From: Leucoraja erinacea
Lineage: Eukaryota
NCBI RefSeq assembly: GCF_028641065.1
Contig: NC_073389.1
Location: forward strand, 18,414,001-18,478,000
Reading direction: 5' to 3'
Length of the DNA: 64,000 nt
In this document: positions 1-12,370 of the stretch, piece after piece
How the letters are laid out: every line of letters starts with the position of its first letter
How positions within the stretch are numbered: position 1 is the first letter of the stretch
Translations under genes and position numbers: made by a program
The notes under the pieces: generated by a model
Told to the model about the DNA's origin: nothing
Databases searched by the model: none
The model's input: only the letters and a program-made list of their open reading frames with translations

Positions 1-190
1 AATGCACAAGTTTCCTCCCACATTGCAAAGAGGTGTAGGTTTGCAAGTTAATTGCCGTCTGTAAATTGCCCCCAGTGTGTAGGATGCGATAATATGGAAC
101 TAGTGTGTGGGCGATCAATGGTTGACATGGACTTGATGGGCCGAAGGGCTTGTTTCTGCACTGTATCTCCAGACTCTAAACTAACCTAAA
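1..190 (+). mobile_element. HE1/V-SINE, 3' part
   Basis: V-domain (ttcctcccacattgcaaaga) and CR1-type tail gggccgaagggc..ctgtatctc..(ctaaa)n. Confidence 0.8.
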
Positions 191-614
191 TTACACAGAG
201 AATGAAATACAGCACAGGAACAGGCTTTTCGGCTCACAAAGATGGCTCAAAAATGGGTACCAGATGAACTTTAATGTAGAAGTAATGAATTATGGATTCA
301 AGCCCAGAAATGAAGAATAGATTTAATGGAAATACATTGAAGGTTATCCACTGATAAAGTGATTGCTTCTCATATTTCTTGCCTTATCTCTGTATCTTCC
401 TGTGGTTCAGATATTTATTCGATTTTCTTTTGAAAGAAAAGTGATCTTTGTCTCAAACATTACCTGTAAAAAAAATTACACCTTGTTGTAACATTGTACT
501 CTAAATTGTCTTCTGTCCTCTGGCCTCACTCTTTATGTGGCAAATTTTAGGTTATGAACTCCTGATCATTAAGTCCTAATCAAAGGAAATAATATTTCCG
601 TGTTCACTCAATTA

Positions 615-776
615 NNNNNNNNNNNNNNNNNNNNNNNNNNNNNNNNNNNNNNNNNNNNNNNNNNNNNNNNNNNNNNNNNNNNNNNNNNNNNNNNNNNNNN
701 NNNNNNNNNNNNNNNNNNNNNNNNNNNNNNNNNNNNNNNNNNNNNNNNNNNNNNNNNNNNNNNNNNNNNNNNNNNN
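615..776. other. Assembly gap (N run)
   Basis: 162 N. Confidence 1.
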
Positions 777-1140
777 GGCGTTTATTTTAATTTGCGCAAA
801 ATGGTACTTTTTATCGATAGGAATTCTTACTCACTGTTCCCCTCTGCTCAAAGCGCATCAAATTTTGTTCTGATTGGTGGAATATTACAAAAGTTATGAA
901 GGTTTAAAAAATCATAAGATCGGCAGATTAGTCTTCTCACCTGTCATTCACCATGAAGGTAACGCCCCTTCCGGCACCTGCTGTTAATCACCGGGCGGGG
1001 CGAGTAGAATAAACCCCCAGAGGCGGGGCTGAGACCACAAGCCGTGTTGATTGAGTCTGCAAGCCGTGCTGATGGAGTCCGTGAGCTGTGCGGAGGAGAA
1101 CGACCAGCCAAGCGACCAGCGCCCGCTGTGAGTCCACATC
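777..1140. mobile_element. Possible unclassified DNA-transposon fragment
   Basis: aaagttatgaaggtttaaaaaa-type subterminal motif followed by a CpG-rich stretch; any terminus is lost in the gap. Confidence 0.25.
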
Positions 1141-1339
1141 GCACCCCCAACCCCTTCTCCTCTGGTCCCCCTCACTGGCTCCTGCCCCCCCCCCGTAATA
1201 CCGCACACTCCCCCATGGTTCTTCCCCCGTCTTTTCTCCGAGCTCTCTCCCCCCTGGATGCCAAGTTAAACTTGGCATCCTGAAGTGCGTGTTCCTGTGC
1301 TCTACTGCTATTTATTCCCACCATCTTCCCCTAGAGTCT

Positions 1340-1530
1340 ACCGCTCATGCACACACTCTAGACGGTTGCCAGTTCACCTCCCGGGCTTCATGTCTTTGAA
1401 TGTGGGTGGAAACTGGAGCACGTGGTCACGTGGGGAACATGATGGCTCCAGACAGACAGCGGCAGAAATTAGGACTGAAGCAGGAGTTGTGAGGCAGCAG
1501 CTCAGCTAGCTTGTGCCAATGTGTTGCCCC
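1340..1530 (-). mobile_element. Degraded HE1/V-SINE
   Basis: tgtgggtggaaactggagcac and gtgaggcagcagctc match the reverse complement of the other copies. Confidence 0.6.
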
Positions 1531-1559
1531 CTAAATATTTATAAAATTATTATTATTTC

Positions 1560-1890
1560 ATAAGGTCACAAGGTCATCAGTGATAGGAGCAGAATTAGGC
1601 CATTCGGCCCATCAAGCCTACTCCGCCATTCAATTATGGCTGATCTATCTCTCCCTCCTACCCCCATTCCCCTGCCTTCTCCCCATAACCCTGACACCCA
1701 TACTAATCAAGAATCTATCTATCTCTGCCTTAAAAAAAATCCATTGACCTGGCCTCCACAGCCTTCTGTGGCAAATAATTCCACAGATTCACCACCCTGT
1801 GACTGAAGAAATTCCTCCTCATATCCTTCCTAAAGGAATGCTCTTTAATTCTGAGGCTATGACCTCTGGTCGTAGATTCTCACACTTCTC
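1560..1890 (-). mobile_element. CR1 (HER1-like) LINE 3' fragment
   Basis: Reverse strand encodes RVVNLWN..LPQKAVEA-like C-terminus; tail ggccgaatggcctaattctgctcct. Confidence 0.85.
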
Positions 1891-1901
1891 CCATTTTAAT
1901 T

Positions 1902-2172
1902 GGCGACAGATAGCACAATGGGCTAAGAGTTCGGCTGGCGACCGGAAGGTAGCCGGTTCAAATCCCGCTTGGAGTGCATACTGTCGTTGTGTCCTTGGGC
2001 AAGACACTTCACCCACCTTTGCCTGTAATGGAATGTAATTACGGCGGCAGGCGAGGGCACACCGCGACGCCCTGTGTCTCCCTTTCAAGGGAGATGCTAA
2101 AAATGCATTTCGTTGTCTCTGTACTGTACACTGACAATGACAATAAATTGAATCATTTCATTTCATTTTTTT
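1902..2172 (+). mobile_element. tRNA-derived SINE with CORE/Meta-like centre and Rex1-like tail
   Basis: A box (tagcacaatgg), B box (ggttcaaatcc), gtgtccttgggcaagacacttcaccc; tail catttcgttg..acaatgacaataaa(ttcat)n. Confidence 0.7.
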
Positions 2173-2192
2173 TTCAATTGCTTCCACATATA

Positions 2193-3797
2193 CAGTGGCT
2201 TGCAAAAGTATTCATACCCTTTGAACTTTTCCACATTTTGTCACGTTACAGCCACAAACGTAAATGTATTTTATTGGGATTTTATGTGATAGACCAACAC
2301 AAAGTGGCGCATAATTGTGAAGTGGAAGGAAAATGATACATGGTTTTCAAATTTTTTTACAAATAAAAAAACTGAAAAGTGAGGCGTGCAAAAGTATTCA
2401 GCCCCCTTTACTCTGATACCCCTAAATAAAATCCAGTGCAACCAATTGCCTTCAGAAGTCACCTAATTAGTACATAGAGTCCACTTGTGTGTAATCTAAT
2501 CTCAGTATAAATACAGCTGTTCTGTGAAGGCCTCAGAGGTTTGTTAGAGAACATTAGTGAACAAACAGCATCATGAAGCCCAAGGAACACACCAGGCAGG
2601 TCAGGGATAAAGTTGTGTAGAAGTTTAAAGCAGGGTTAGGTTATAAAAAAATATCCCAAGCTTTGAACATCTCACGGAGCACTGTTCAATCCATCATCCG
2701 AAAATGGAAAGAGTATGGCACAACTGCAAACCTACCAAGACATGGCTGTCCACCTAAACTGACAGGCCGGGCAAGGAGAGCATTGATCAGTGAAGCAGCC
2801 AAGAGGCCCATGGTAACTCTGGAGGAGCTGCAGAGATCCACAGCTCAGGTGGGAGAATCTGTCCACAGGACAACTATTAGTTGTGCACTCCACAAATCGG
2901 GCCTTTACGGAAGAGTGGCAAGAAGAAAGCCATTGTTGAAAAAAAGCCATAAGAAGTCCCGTTTGCAGTTTGCCACAAGCCATGTGGGGGACACAGCAAA
3001 CATGTGGAGGAAGGTGCTCTGGTCAGATGAGACCAAAATTGAAGTTTTTGGCCTAAATGCAAAACGCTATGTGTGGCGGAAAACTGACACTGCACATCAC
3101 CCTGAACACACCATCCCCACTGTGAAACATGGTGGTGGCAGCATCATGCTGTGGGGATGCTTTTCTTCAGCAGGGCAGGGAAACTGGTCAGAGTTGATGG
3201 GAAGATGGATGGAGCCAAATACAGGGCAATATTGGAAGAAAACCTGTTAGAGTCTGCAAAAGACTTGAGACTGGGGCGGAGGTTCACCTTCCAGCAGGAC
3301 AACGACCCTAAACATACAGCCAGAGCTACAATGGAATGGTTTATATCAAAGCATATTCATGTGTTAGAATGGCTCAGTCAAAGTCCAGACCTAAATCCAA
3401 TCCAAGACTTAAAAATTGCTGTTCACAGATGCTCTCCATCCAATCTGACTGAGCTTGAGCTATTTTGCAAAGAAGAATGGGCAAAAATTTCAGTCTGTAG
3501 ATGTGCAAAGCTGGTAGAGACATACCCCAAAAGACTTGCAGCTGTAATTGCAGCGAAAGGTGGTTCTACAAAGTATTGACTCAGGGGGGCTGAATATTTT
3601 TGCACGCCACACTTTTCAGTTTTTTATTTGTAAAAAAATTTGAAAACCATGTATCATTTTCCTTCCACTTCACAATTATGCACCACTTTGTGTTGGTCTA
3701 TTACATAAAATCCCAATAAAATACATTTACGTTTGTGGTTGTAACGTGACAAAATGTGGAAAAGTTCAAGGGGTATGAATACTTTTGCAAGCCACTA
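2193..3797 (+). mobile_element. Tc1/mariner transposon, Passport (PPTN)-like, full length
   Basis: ~210-bp TIRs (cagtggcttgcaaaagtattca..; 2193-2406 and ~3584-3797) with internal direct repeat tgcaaaagtattca; TA at both flanks; transposase inside. Confidence 0.95.
2573..3579 (+). pseudogene. Tc1 DD34E transposase pseudogene
   Basis: MKPKEHTRQVRDKVV* (in-frame TAG 2618-2620), WSDETK, KHGGGSIMLWGCF, frameshift near 3175, QQDNDPKH, SPDLNPI lacking ENLW, ends KGGSTKY. Confidence 0.95.
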
Positions 3798-4260
3798 TAT
3801 CTGGTCTTTTAGAGTGCCAACTTGCAAGAGGCCATTGGGGTAGACTATAGATAGTATATTTGTGCTGGGAACTAGCCATGGTTCACAAGCCTTCATAGTC
3901 ATACATTGGGCAATGCATTGTGAGCTGTTCAGCTGCAATACCTTGGTTTGGCCTTGAATTTAGCGTGATTGTAAGGTGTGGACCAGAATATCCAATGTCC
4001 AATGTCCTATCTATACTGGGATTCAGGACTGCATACAGCTGCGAATCATTCAATTTTGGTGCATATTTATGATTCATTTTTAATTTTATACAACTAATGT
4101 TCTCTGTGACTTTCTGTACATTCCATTTCAATGGTTTTCAAGAGCTGATCATATCATCCCTGAACATCTCTCCTGCAGTTGCCAACTGCCCTCATTCTTT
4201 TATCTGTAGTGGTCCCAAGGAAACCATGCTTGACTCGCTTACTCCTAACTTAGATGTTGA

Positions 4261-4306
<46 letters not shown>
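4261..4306. repeat. (TAT)n microsatellite
   Basis: About 15 TAT units. Confidence 0.95.
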
Positions 4307-4356
4307 GGACACAGCATTCACTATCCATGCTGAAATCATCTGGACCTAGCTTATAA

Positions 4357-4566
4357 TACCCCTGTCCCACTTAGGAAACCTGAACGGAAACCTTTGGAGA
4401 CTTTGCACCCCACCCAAGGTTTCTGTGTGGTACCCTGAGGTTGCAGGTAGTTGCCGAAGGTTGCAGGTAGTGGAAGCAGGTACGGAGACTGACAGAAGCC
4501 TCGGGGAACTGCACGGAAACCTTGGGTGGGGCGCAAAGTCTCCAGAGGTTTCCATTCAGGTTTCCT
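4357..4566. mobile_element. Palindromic MITE, right terminus clipped
   Basis: aggaaacctgaacggaaacctttggagactttgcaccccacccaaggtttc is inverted at ~4515-4566; left end tacccctgtcccac. Confidence 0.75.
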
Positions 4567-4754
4567 GCAGAATTTGTAGTGCCATTAGTGAAAGTACTAC
4601 GCATTGAAAATCAAATTAAGGGAAGGAAGACAAGGAATGGAGAAGAGTGAGCAAACTTGTGAATAATGAAGTCTTAGGGAGATAGCCTTGTTCTGCATTT
4701 GTACCAACTGGCGATGATGTTGAAAGGGATCCGGTCCCTCCATTGTTGGGGTAG

Positions 4755-5070
4755 CCGAGTGGCACAGCGGTAGAGTTGCTACCTTATAGTGCCAGAGACC
4801 TAGGTTCAATCCTGACCACGGCTGCCGCATGTATGGTTTGTACGTTCTGCCCCGTGACTACGTGGGTTTACTCCGGGTGCTCCGATTTCCTCCCACACTC
4901 TAAAGACTTACAGGTTTGTAGGTTTATTAGCTTTGATTAAAAAATTAAATTGTCCCTGATAGTGTGTAGGATTGTACTAGTGTACGGAGATCACTGGTCT
5001 GCACAGACTCAGTGGGCTGAAGGGCATGTTTCCTTGCTGTATTTCTAAAACTAAAACTAAAATCTAAAAA
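4755..5070 (+). mobile_element. HE1/V-SINE
   Basis: gtggcacagcggtagagttgct..ggttcaatcctgac head, V-domain, (ctaaaa)n tail. Confidence 0.9.
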
Positions 5071-5668
5071 CTAGACACCTCCTATTCCCTGTCTCCCACC
5101 ATGAGCATGAAAGTGTGACAACAGGAAAGCTTAAGACAGTTTACGTCAATCTTACTTCACGGTGAACCAATATTGATAAAAAGATGACTAATTCTTATCT
5201 GATGATGCTGCAGGGAATCAAATGTCAGTGTTGAACTTTTCAAACAGACTGTTGACTAGAAAGGAAATACTGAATTTTTTTAAACATGGGTATATTTTTT
5301 CTCTGGACATCTCCTACGTGTCATCTTATTGAATTGATCACAAGGTGGCTCCGCTGTTTGGAGGTTTGCCTCAATAAAACCTGTTAACAACTTTTTGTGT
5401 GATGGTAAACCTTTTCCTCATCAAAGCTTTGTTGTGATAATGGATGGACGTGAAACATTCATATATCATGGTCCCGTAGCAGACAAGTGGTGCAATCAAG
5501 AGGAAAGATTACGTCCACCAATGCCACGGATTTATATAGAGGGCTCAGGGAAGATTTGTGCAACTTGCAAGGACCGCGGGCAGGATTGTTTCAAGTAATA
5601 AATGGCCACCTGGGTGAGATTTGTCTAAAGGGTGAACGATAATTTTAAATATTTTAGCTAAAGACAAG

Positions 5669-5978
5669 AGCAGCACGGTGGAGCAGCAGTAGAGTTGCTG
5701 CCTTACAGTGCCAGAGGCCTGGGTTCGATCCTGACTATGGGTGCTGTCTGTACAGGGTTTGTACATTCTCCACGTGACCACGTGGGATTTATCAGGGGCA
5801 TCTGGTTTCCTCCCACACTCCATAGATGTACAGGTTTGTAGGCTGATTGGTAAAATTGTAAAATTGTCCCCAGTATGTAGGATAGTGCTAGTGTGCGTGG
5901 ATGACTGGTCGGCATGGACTTGGTGGGCCGAAGGACCTGTTTCTGCACTGTATCTCTAAACTAAAATAACCAAACTAA
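5669..5978 (+). mobile_element. HE1/V-SINE
   Basis: Full head, V-domain and tail. Confidence 0.9.
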
Positions 5979-6200
5979 GATCAGCTTCCAATGAAACTTG
6001 AAGCAGAATTGATCTGCTATGGATTGAGAGGGGTGTACTGTAAGTGAACAAATGCCATGAGTTACAGTTAAGGGTTAAAATTGCATAAGGTAGGCAATGT
6101 AGAGATCAAGTCAGAGTATGATAGTTTGCAGAACTTCTTTAGTAAATTTAAATAATATCACGTGTCATGTTCACTGTGGCCATTGTATTTACTATGGTGT

Positions 6201-6413
6201 AATAATAATAATAATCTTATTTATATAGCACATTTTTAGTCAACTTGCATTGACCCCAAAGTGCTTCACATAATTACATTACATTTACACACAGGCAAAG
6301 GTGGGTGAAGTGTCTTGCCCCAAGGACACAACGACAGTATGCACTCCAAGCAGGAATCGAACCGGCTACCTTCCGGTCGCCAGCCAAACACTTAGCCCAT
6401 TGTGCCATCTGTC
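6201..6413 (-). mobile_element. tRNA-derived SINE (same head as 1902 copy) with L2-like tail
   Basis: Head matches 1905-2040; tail gtgaagcactttggg..gtgctatataaataag(att)n; probable TSD gtaata. Confidence 0.75.
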
Positions 6414-6539
6414 GTAATAGTTCAAGGCAATCTCTTCTCAGCAAGCTATTATGCTTTTCAGTACAGTACTAACCTTGAGTAACTGGTCTGTATTCTATCC
6501 AATTCATTCATTAGTTATAGCATAATATTTTAGCCAGTC

Positions 6540-6860
6540 AGAACCTTTCTCCCAGTTTGGAAATGTCCAATACAAGGGGGTATAGCTATAAGGTGAGAGA
6601 GGGAACGTTTAATGGAGATGTGTGGGGCAAGTATTTACACAGAGAGCAGTAGGGGCCTGGAACTCATTGTCAGGGGTGGTGGTGGTGGGGGAGGCAGATA
6701 TGATAGTGATGTTTAAGATGTTTTTGGAAAGGCATATGGAAGTGGAGAGAATAGAAGGCTATGGATCATGTACTAGCAGATGAGATCAGTTTAACTTGAC
6801 ATTGTGTTCAGCACATCATAGTGGGCCGAAGGGCCCGTTTCTGTGCTGTTTTATGTTTTA
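6540..6860 (+). mobile_element. CR1 LINE 3' fragment
   Basis: tttacacagagagcagtaggggcctggaactcattg; tail gggccgaagggcc. Confidence 0.8.
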
Positions 6861-7319
6861 CGTTGTGTTACTGCTAAATTCACATTCCATATGGGGATTT
6901 CCTATCTCTTATGCCACCATTTATATTCAGCCTATATCTGCGGGAATCTTCATGTCCCCACTGAGGATGGTCCCAGCAATATGGAACTAAGTACGCTTGC
7001 TTCCACTATCTCCATTCTGTTACATGGACATGAAGGCAGATTGACTTAAACTGTCTTCAGCTTCCTTGTTGTCACACCTACTGTACATGCTCATAGTGGA
7101 AGGTAGGGAATAGGACATAACAATGGAGGGACAGGATTGTCTTCAATTTCATTAACAGTGGTAATAATGTAGAAGAACAAGGCTATCACCCTAATAAAAA
7201 TCACAATTAATATACGGGGAAAGGGAAATTACCACATAAGCCATTCCCACAGTAAGAAGATGTGAAATTGAAAATATATAAGACTAGGTGAACTGGTGAA
7301 AGGAAAAAGGACAAATATA

Positions 7320-7790
7320 TGTATAGAATTTGGGAGGCCATGTTGGAGTTGGTGAGACCACATTTAGAGTGGTGTGTTCAGTTTTGGGTATCATGTTATA
7401 GGAAAGATGTTGTCAAGTTGGAAAGGGTGCAGAGAAGATTCACGAAGATGTCGCCAGGATTCAAGGGCCTGAGTTATAGGGAGAGGTTGAGCAGGCTGGG
7501 ACTATTCCTTGGAGCGCAGGAGGATGAGGTTGATTTTTTAGAAATATATAAAATTGTGAGAGGAATAGATCAGGTAAATGCACAGAGTCTCTTGCCTAGA
7601 GCAGGGTAATCGAGAACCAGAGGACATAAGTTTAAGTTGAGGGGGAAGACATTTTATATGAACCTAAGAGGTAAACGTTTTACACAGAGGATGGTGGGTA
7701 TATGGAATGGGCTGGCTGGGGGGGGGGGGGGCTGTTGGGCCGAGGGGCCTGTTGGGCCGAGGGGCCTGTTTTCACACTGTATGACTATGA
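7320..7790 (+). mobile_element. CR1 LINE 3' fragment
   Basis: LVRPHLEWCVQFW..LERVQRRFTKM; FTQRMVGIWN. Confidence 0.9.
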
Positions 7791-8904
7791 TTCTAATTTC
7801 AAAATGCATTCAACTGGATCTTGTACAACTGCTTTAGTGGTCAATAGTTACGTGTCTACTCAGTATGAACAGGGAACGTGGGGGCATTTCTTTATAATTT
7901 ATGCTGTAAAAAGACCAGCAAAATGGGATCACAAGCCTATGGTTAGCCTGGGGCAGAATGTTGGGATGTTGCAGACTCCACTGCATATAGAGTTGGTATG
8001 TTTGCAACTTACATATGGTGTTATTTCTCCAATTGCAGAGAATGCAGCATAAAAGTCACATATTGCTTAACTGCTGCATGTGTTGAACTGAAAACAGAGT
8101 GTTTTAATCGAAACCGACAAGCATTGTGACTACAGGACAAAAGATTACATAAAGCACAGAAGCCTTGTTTACGTGTGACTGTGCACATATCTCTTACCAA
8201 CCATTGCTGTTATCTTAATGTAATTTTCGATATATTTTTTACTGCGATGTTTCTTCTTATCACAATTTCCTACGTCCGTAGGAACCAGGAGATTATCTAT
8301 CTGATACTCTGCCTTTTTAAAGAGCTTTAGAAGTTACAACATTTTAGATCAGGCGTTTCCATTGCATACGATTTTTCTCCAGGGCACTCAGTACAATGGT
8401 ATCATCAGATACTATATTAATAAACTAGGCTTGGATTCAACAGATTGAACTAGATTCATTTCAATAAATTAAATAGAGAGAATCTTACAGGTATTGGAAA
8501 ATAACAATCAAAAATTGATTTTTTTTTTAATCCCTGTCAAATGTCCAGGCAATGGATGTTCTCTTCACATTTCTTATTTTTCATTCTGTTTCATTCCCAT
8601 TCCATTCCACTGAGACCCGAATTACTTCTCACATCTTCATGGTGGTTTCCCTTTCCCTTTCTCTCTTTATGTCAGGTCAGAGATTTAAATGTTTCATTAA
8701 CCTTTGCAAGTGTCTGCATTGCATATTAATGACTTAATGTTTCCGCTGGCAGTCTTGTTTCCAGGTTGAACGATCTGAAATTGGGTGCTATCATTCAGAT
8801 CAGGTCTTCCTAGCTTAATTAACATGTTAATACTGTAAGGAAGTCAAAAGGCCATCCCCCTGAGCTAGGCACTCTGATGTGGGCAGGCATCCTGAAAATC
8901 ATAC

Positions 8905-9290
8905 TGGTTGAGTTTGAGTTTAGTTTATTATCATGTGTACCGAGGCACAGTGAAAAGCTTTTGTTGCATGCTAACCAGTCAGTGGAAAAACAATACATGA
9001 TTACATCGAGCCATCCACAGTGTACAGATACATGATAAAGGGAATAACGTGAATGATGTTTAGTGTAAGATAAAGCCCAGTAAAGTCCGATCAAAGATTG
9101 TGTGAGGGCCTCCAATGAGACAGATAGTAGCTCAGGTCTGCTCTCTAGTTGTTGGAAGGATTGGTTCAGCTGCTTCTTAACAGCTGGGAAGAACCAGTCC
9201 CTATATCTGGTGGTGTACATTTTCATGCTGCCCCTTTTGCTTCATAAGAGAGGGGAGAAGAGGGAGTGTCCAGCGTGCGACTGAGGAGGA
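8905..9290 (-). mobile_element. Rex1/Babar LINE 3' fragment
   Basis: TTRYRDWFFPAVKKQLN-like C-terminus; tail tttcactgtgcctcggtacacatgataataaactaaactc. Confidence 0.75.
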
Positions 9291-9544
9291 AAGGCCAGTA
9301 GACTGTGCAACCTCTCCAATAACAAACATGTGAAGCCTCGGCGCCGGCGTCAAAACCTTGCGGGTCGACCCATGGTCGGCGGTCGATGAGAGCGTGTGGG
9401 GGGACAGCCATGAGCGGGCAATGGAGCACCCGGCATGGGGGTAATGCCGTGAAGGATGGGGAAGAACAATGGGCAATGGGGAGGGAGGGGGGTGAAGAGG
9501 GAGAACAAGCCCAGCGCTGGATAACATGGACAAATCTGCTCAGA

Positions 9545-9780
9545 CAGTTCTCCTCGACAGAAGGATGCAGTGTTCAATAGCCTGATAATCGTGGGGAAGA
9601 AGCTGCTCCTGAACCTGGACATTACAGTTTACAGGCTCCTATACCTTCTTCCCGATGGCAGGAGTGAAATGAGCGGGTGGCCAGGGTGGTGTGGGACTCT
9701 GATGATGCTGGCTGCTTTTTTGAAGCAGCGGCTCTTGAAGATCCCGTTGATGGTGGGGATGTCAGTACCCGCGATGGACT
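9545..9780 (-). mobile_element. Rex1/Babar LINE fragment
   Basis: SIIRVPHHPGH..SLLPSGRRYRSL and RFRSSFFPTIIRLLN on the minus strand. Confidence 0.8.
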
Positions 9781-9784
9781 ATGC

Positions 9785-10003
9785 TAAGGGATGTATACGT
9801 GACCGCCTGAATCTACCTCTTGTAGACTCTGAACTTTTTATTTATTGGCACTTTCTCTGTAGTTGTAAAGCGATATTCTGCACTCCGGTACTTTTCTCTT
9901 GGCACTACCTGTTGCACTCATGTCTAGTTTGATTGTAATCACATATCCTGGATAGTACATACAAGAATGTTTTTCACTCTATCTCTGCACACGTAACAAT
10001 CAA
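9785..10003 (+). mobile_element. Rex1-type 3' UTR fragment
   Basis: Ends tttcactctatctctgcacacgtaacaat; similar to 52640-52830. Confidence 0.55.
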
Positions 10004-10109
10004 CCAGAAAAATACAGGCTACTGTACAGATGATCCCTGCTTTACAGCTTTTTGGATTATGGAAATTTGATCTTACAGAATTCATAAATCACTATCCAAA
10101 AGCTAAATT

Positions 10110-10465
10110 AGTCCGAGACGCATAGAGTTATACAGCGTGAAAATAGGCCCTTCAGCCCAACCTGCCTATACCAACAACATGCCCCATCTACACTAGTCCC
10201 ACCTGCTTGCATTTGTCCCATATGCTCTAAAACGACCTTATCCATGACCCTTTCCAAATGTTTTTTAAACACTGTGATAGTACATGTCCCAACTATCTCC
10301 TCTGGCAGCTCGTTCCATATACCAAGCACCCTTTGCATATCAGGGATGATGGGGAGAAGGCAGGAGAATGAAAGGTTGAGAGGGAAAGATGGATCAGCCA
10401 TGATTGAATGGTGGGGTAGATTTGATGGGCCAAATGGCCTAATTCTGCTCCTAAAACTATGAACA
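10110..10465. mobile_element. Two CR1 3' ends in opposite orientation
   Basis: 10110-10335 minus (RVLGIWNELPEE); 10340-10465 plus tail. Confidence 0.8.
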
Positions 10466-10673
10466 TATAAAAAGTTGCCACTCTAGTTCCCATTAATTAT
10501 TTTCCTTAAATCTATGTCCTGTGAAAAAAAATGTAAATAGTTCAACACAACAGTTATTTTATCTCAACGTGTTTTTTTATGTATGTGCAAATGACGTGGC
10601 TTCTCATTAAGTAAAATTTAAGGGTTGATGCCCTTCATAAGGGGCAGCATGTTATCAATAGCTTCTTTTGATT

Positions 10674-10903
10674 TGTGTAGGAAGGAACAGCAGATGCTGG
10701 TTTAAATCAAAGCTAGACACAAAAAGCTGGAGTAATTCAGCAGGTCAGACAGCATCTCTGGAGAAAAGGAATAGGTGACGTTTCGGGTCGAGACCCTTGT
10801 TCAGGCCCTACTGAAGAAGGGTCTTGACTCGAAATGTCACCTATTCCTTTTCTCCAGAGATGTGTCTGACCCACTGAGTTACTACAGCATTTTGTGTTTA
10901 TCT
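10674..10903. mobile_element. Penelope pLTR fold-back (inverted pair) with hammerhead-like cores on both strands
   Basis: Arms ..gacacaaaaagctggagtaa..gtgacgtttcgggtcgagaccc and ctgaagaagggtcttgactcgaaatgtcacc..cagcattttgtgtttatct. Confidence 0.8.
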
Positions 10904-11794
10904 TCTTTTGATTCAGATGGTTGTGTTAGGAACCGCGTAGGACACATAATACTCAGTTTTAACCATCCTGATACTTTTTCTGGCAGATTTCTGGGCAATA
11001 TCACTAGTTTATGCAGATAGTTGATCAGGGTTTAGTGCTAGAAGCAGCACATGCTTTCGGAATCGTGGGTGAAATCCCAGTTGTAGGTGTTACAGCTTCT
11101 TCATCCCCCCCTTAATGAGTTTAGTTCCCTGCAGGGAGAATCAGGTTCAATCACTACAGAGGTCTTAGCCTGGCTATTTCCAAATTAGATCACTTGGTGC
11201 GAGGTCTTATGAATTGGGTCAATCAATGGACCTGACTAAATCATTGCCATCTCAAATCATGCATTCGTCTATTGGAGGCAGTCACCGAGCATGGGTGACA
11301 GAATTCATGAAGGGTGACACAAAATCAAGGTCTCAAGTCAATAGAAACAAAGCAAATTTTATCACCAGATGTGGATGAGAAGACAATTCACTGACTAGTC
11401 TATTGAAGAAAAATAGTTCAATTTTGACCAGAAGGCAAGCCCAGGGTGGATATAGTTCCAATCTAACAGGAGAAGAAGAAATTGCAGACTGAATACAAAC
11501 ATAAATCCAAGCGAATTGTTGCATTGGAAATATGATTAAGCAAATAGTGGGATGATTTTTATCGGCATAAAAATGTCAATCTATGTTATTTGATAATAAA
11601 ATCTCATTAGCAGTGTGTAGTCTGGTGTAAATGGTGTTTGATTTATATCTAATTAATTTTTGAGGGGCAATCTGGCTAATTATTGTGTCTATTCAGCCCA
11701 TCCCCAACCGTCAGAATAGTGATGGAAGCCGTCAATCACACGACGAGCATTTACTCTCCAATAATCTACTCATCCATGCCAGCTTGGGTTGTAC

Positions 11795-12370
11795 CAGTGA
11801 CGTGCAGTGAGGTCAATGGCTGGCGAAGCACTGGCTTCTACCCCATCCTAACTTAGTTGTGTGTGTGTGTTAATTATCTGTGCGTGATGTGTGTGTGTTG
11901 GTTGTCTGTGTGTTAGTTATCTGTGCATGATGTGTGTGTGTTAGTTGTCTGTGTGTGATGTATGTGTCTGGGAGGAAAGGAGAGAAAGGAGGGAGGGAAG
12001 GAAGTAGAGAAAAGAAGGAGGGAAGGAAGTAGAGAAAGAAGGGAGGGAGGGAAGGAGAGAAGGGAGGGAGGGAAGTAGGGAAGGGAGGGAGGGAAGGGAA
12101 GGAGAGAAGGGAGGGAGAGGGCCGGCGGCAGGAATGGATGCCGGGGTCCTGAGCCGAGAGTAGATTACTCCAGTGTGGGGCCCAATTGGGAGCTCAGTCT
12201 CAGCGGCCCAGAGCCTCCGAATAGGCCACTACAAATCAACGAATCAACCAAAGATACTGGAGGATGCAAAGAAACTTTGGAATCAACCTACCAGTCAGCG
12301 TCGCCCGTGGCTGGAAAGTCAGCACCGCCGCTGCTGAAGCTAGCTAACATGGAGAGAAGGGGGAGAAGAA
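11795..12370 (+). mobile_element. hAT-like non-autonomous element (left end) containing TG-rich and purine-rich low-complexity tracts
   Basis: Starts cagtgacgtgcagtgagg; TG tract 11858-11970, GA tract 11970-12120; no right TIR seen. Confidence 0.4.

Noticed and set aside
600-899. ORFs spanning N runs (also 60747-61275)
   Set aside because: Artefacts of assembly gaps.
1902-1975. tRNA gene (also the HE1 heads)
   Set aside because: A and B boxes are present but there is no complete cloverleaf, and each continues into a SINE body.
5395-5598. 67-aa Cys-containing ORF in unique sequence
   Set aside because: Non-ATG start, no recognisable domain, no convincing splice sites.
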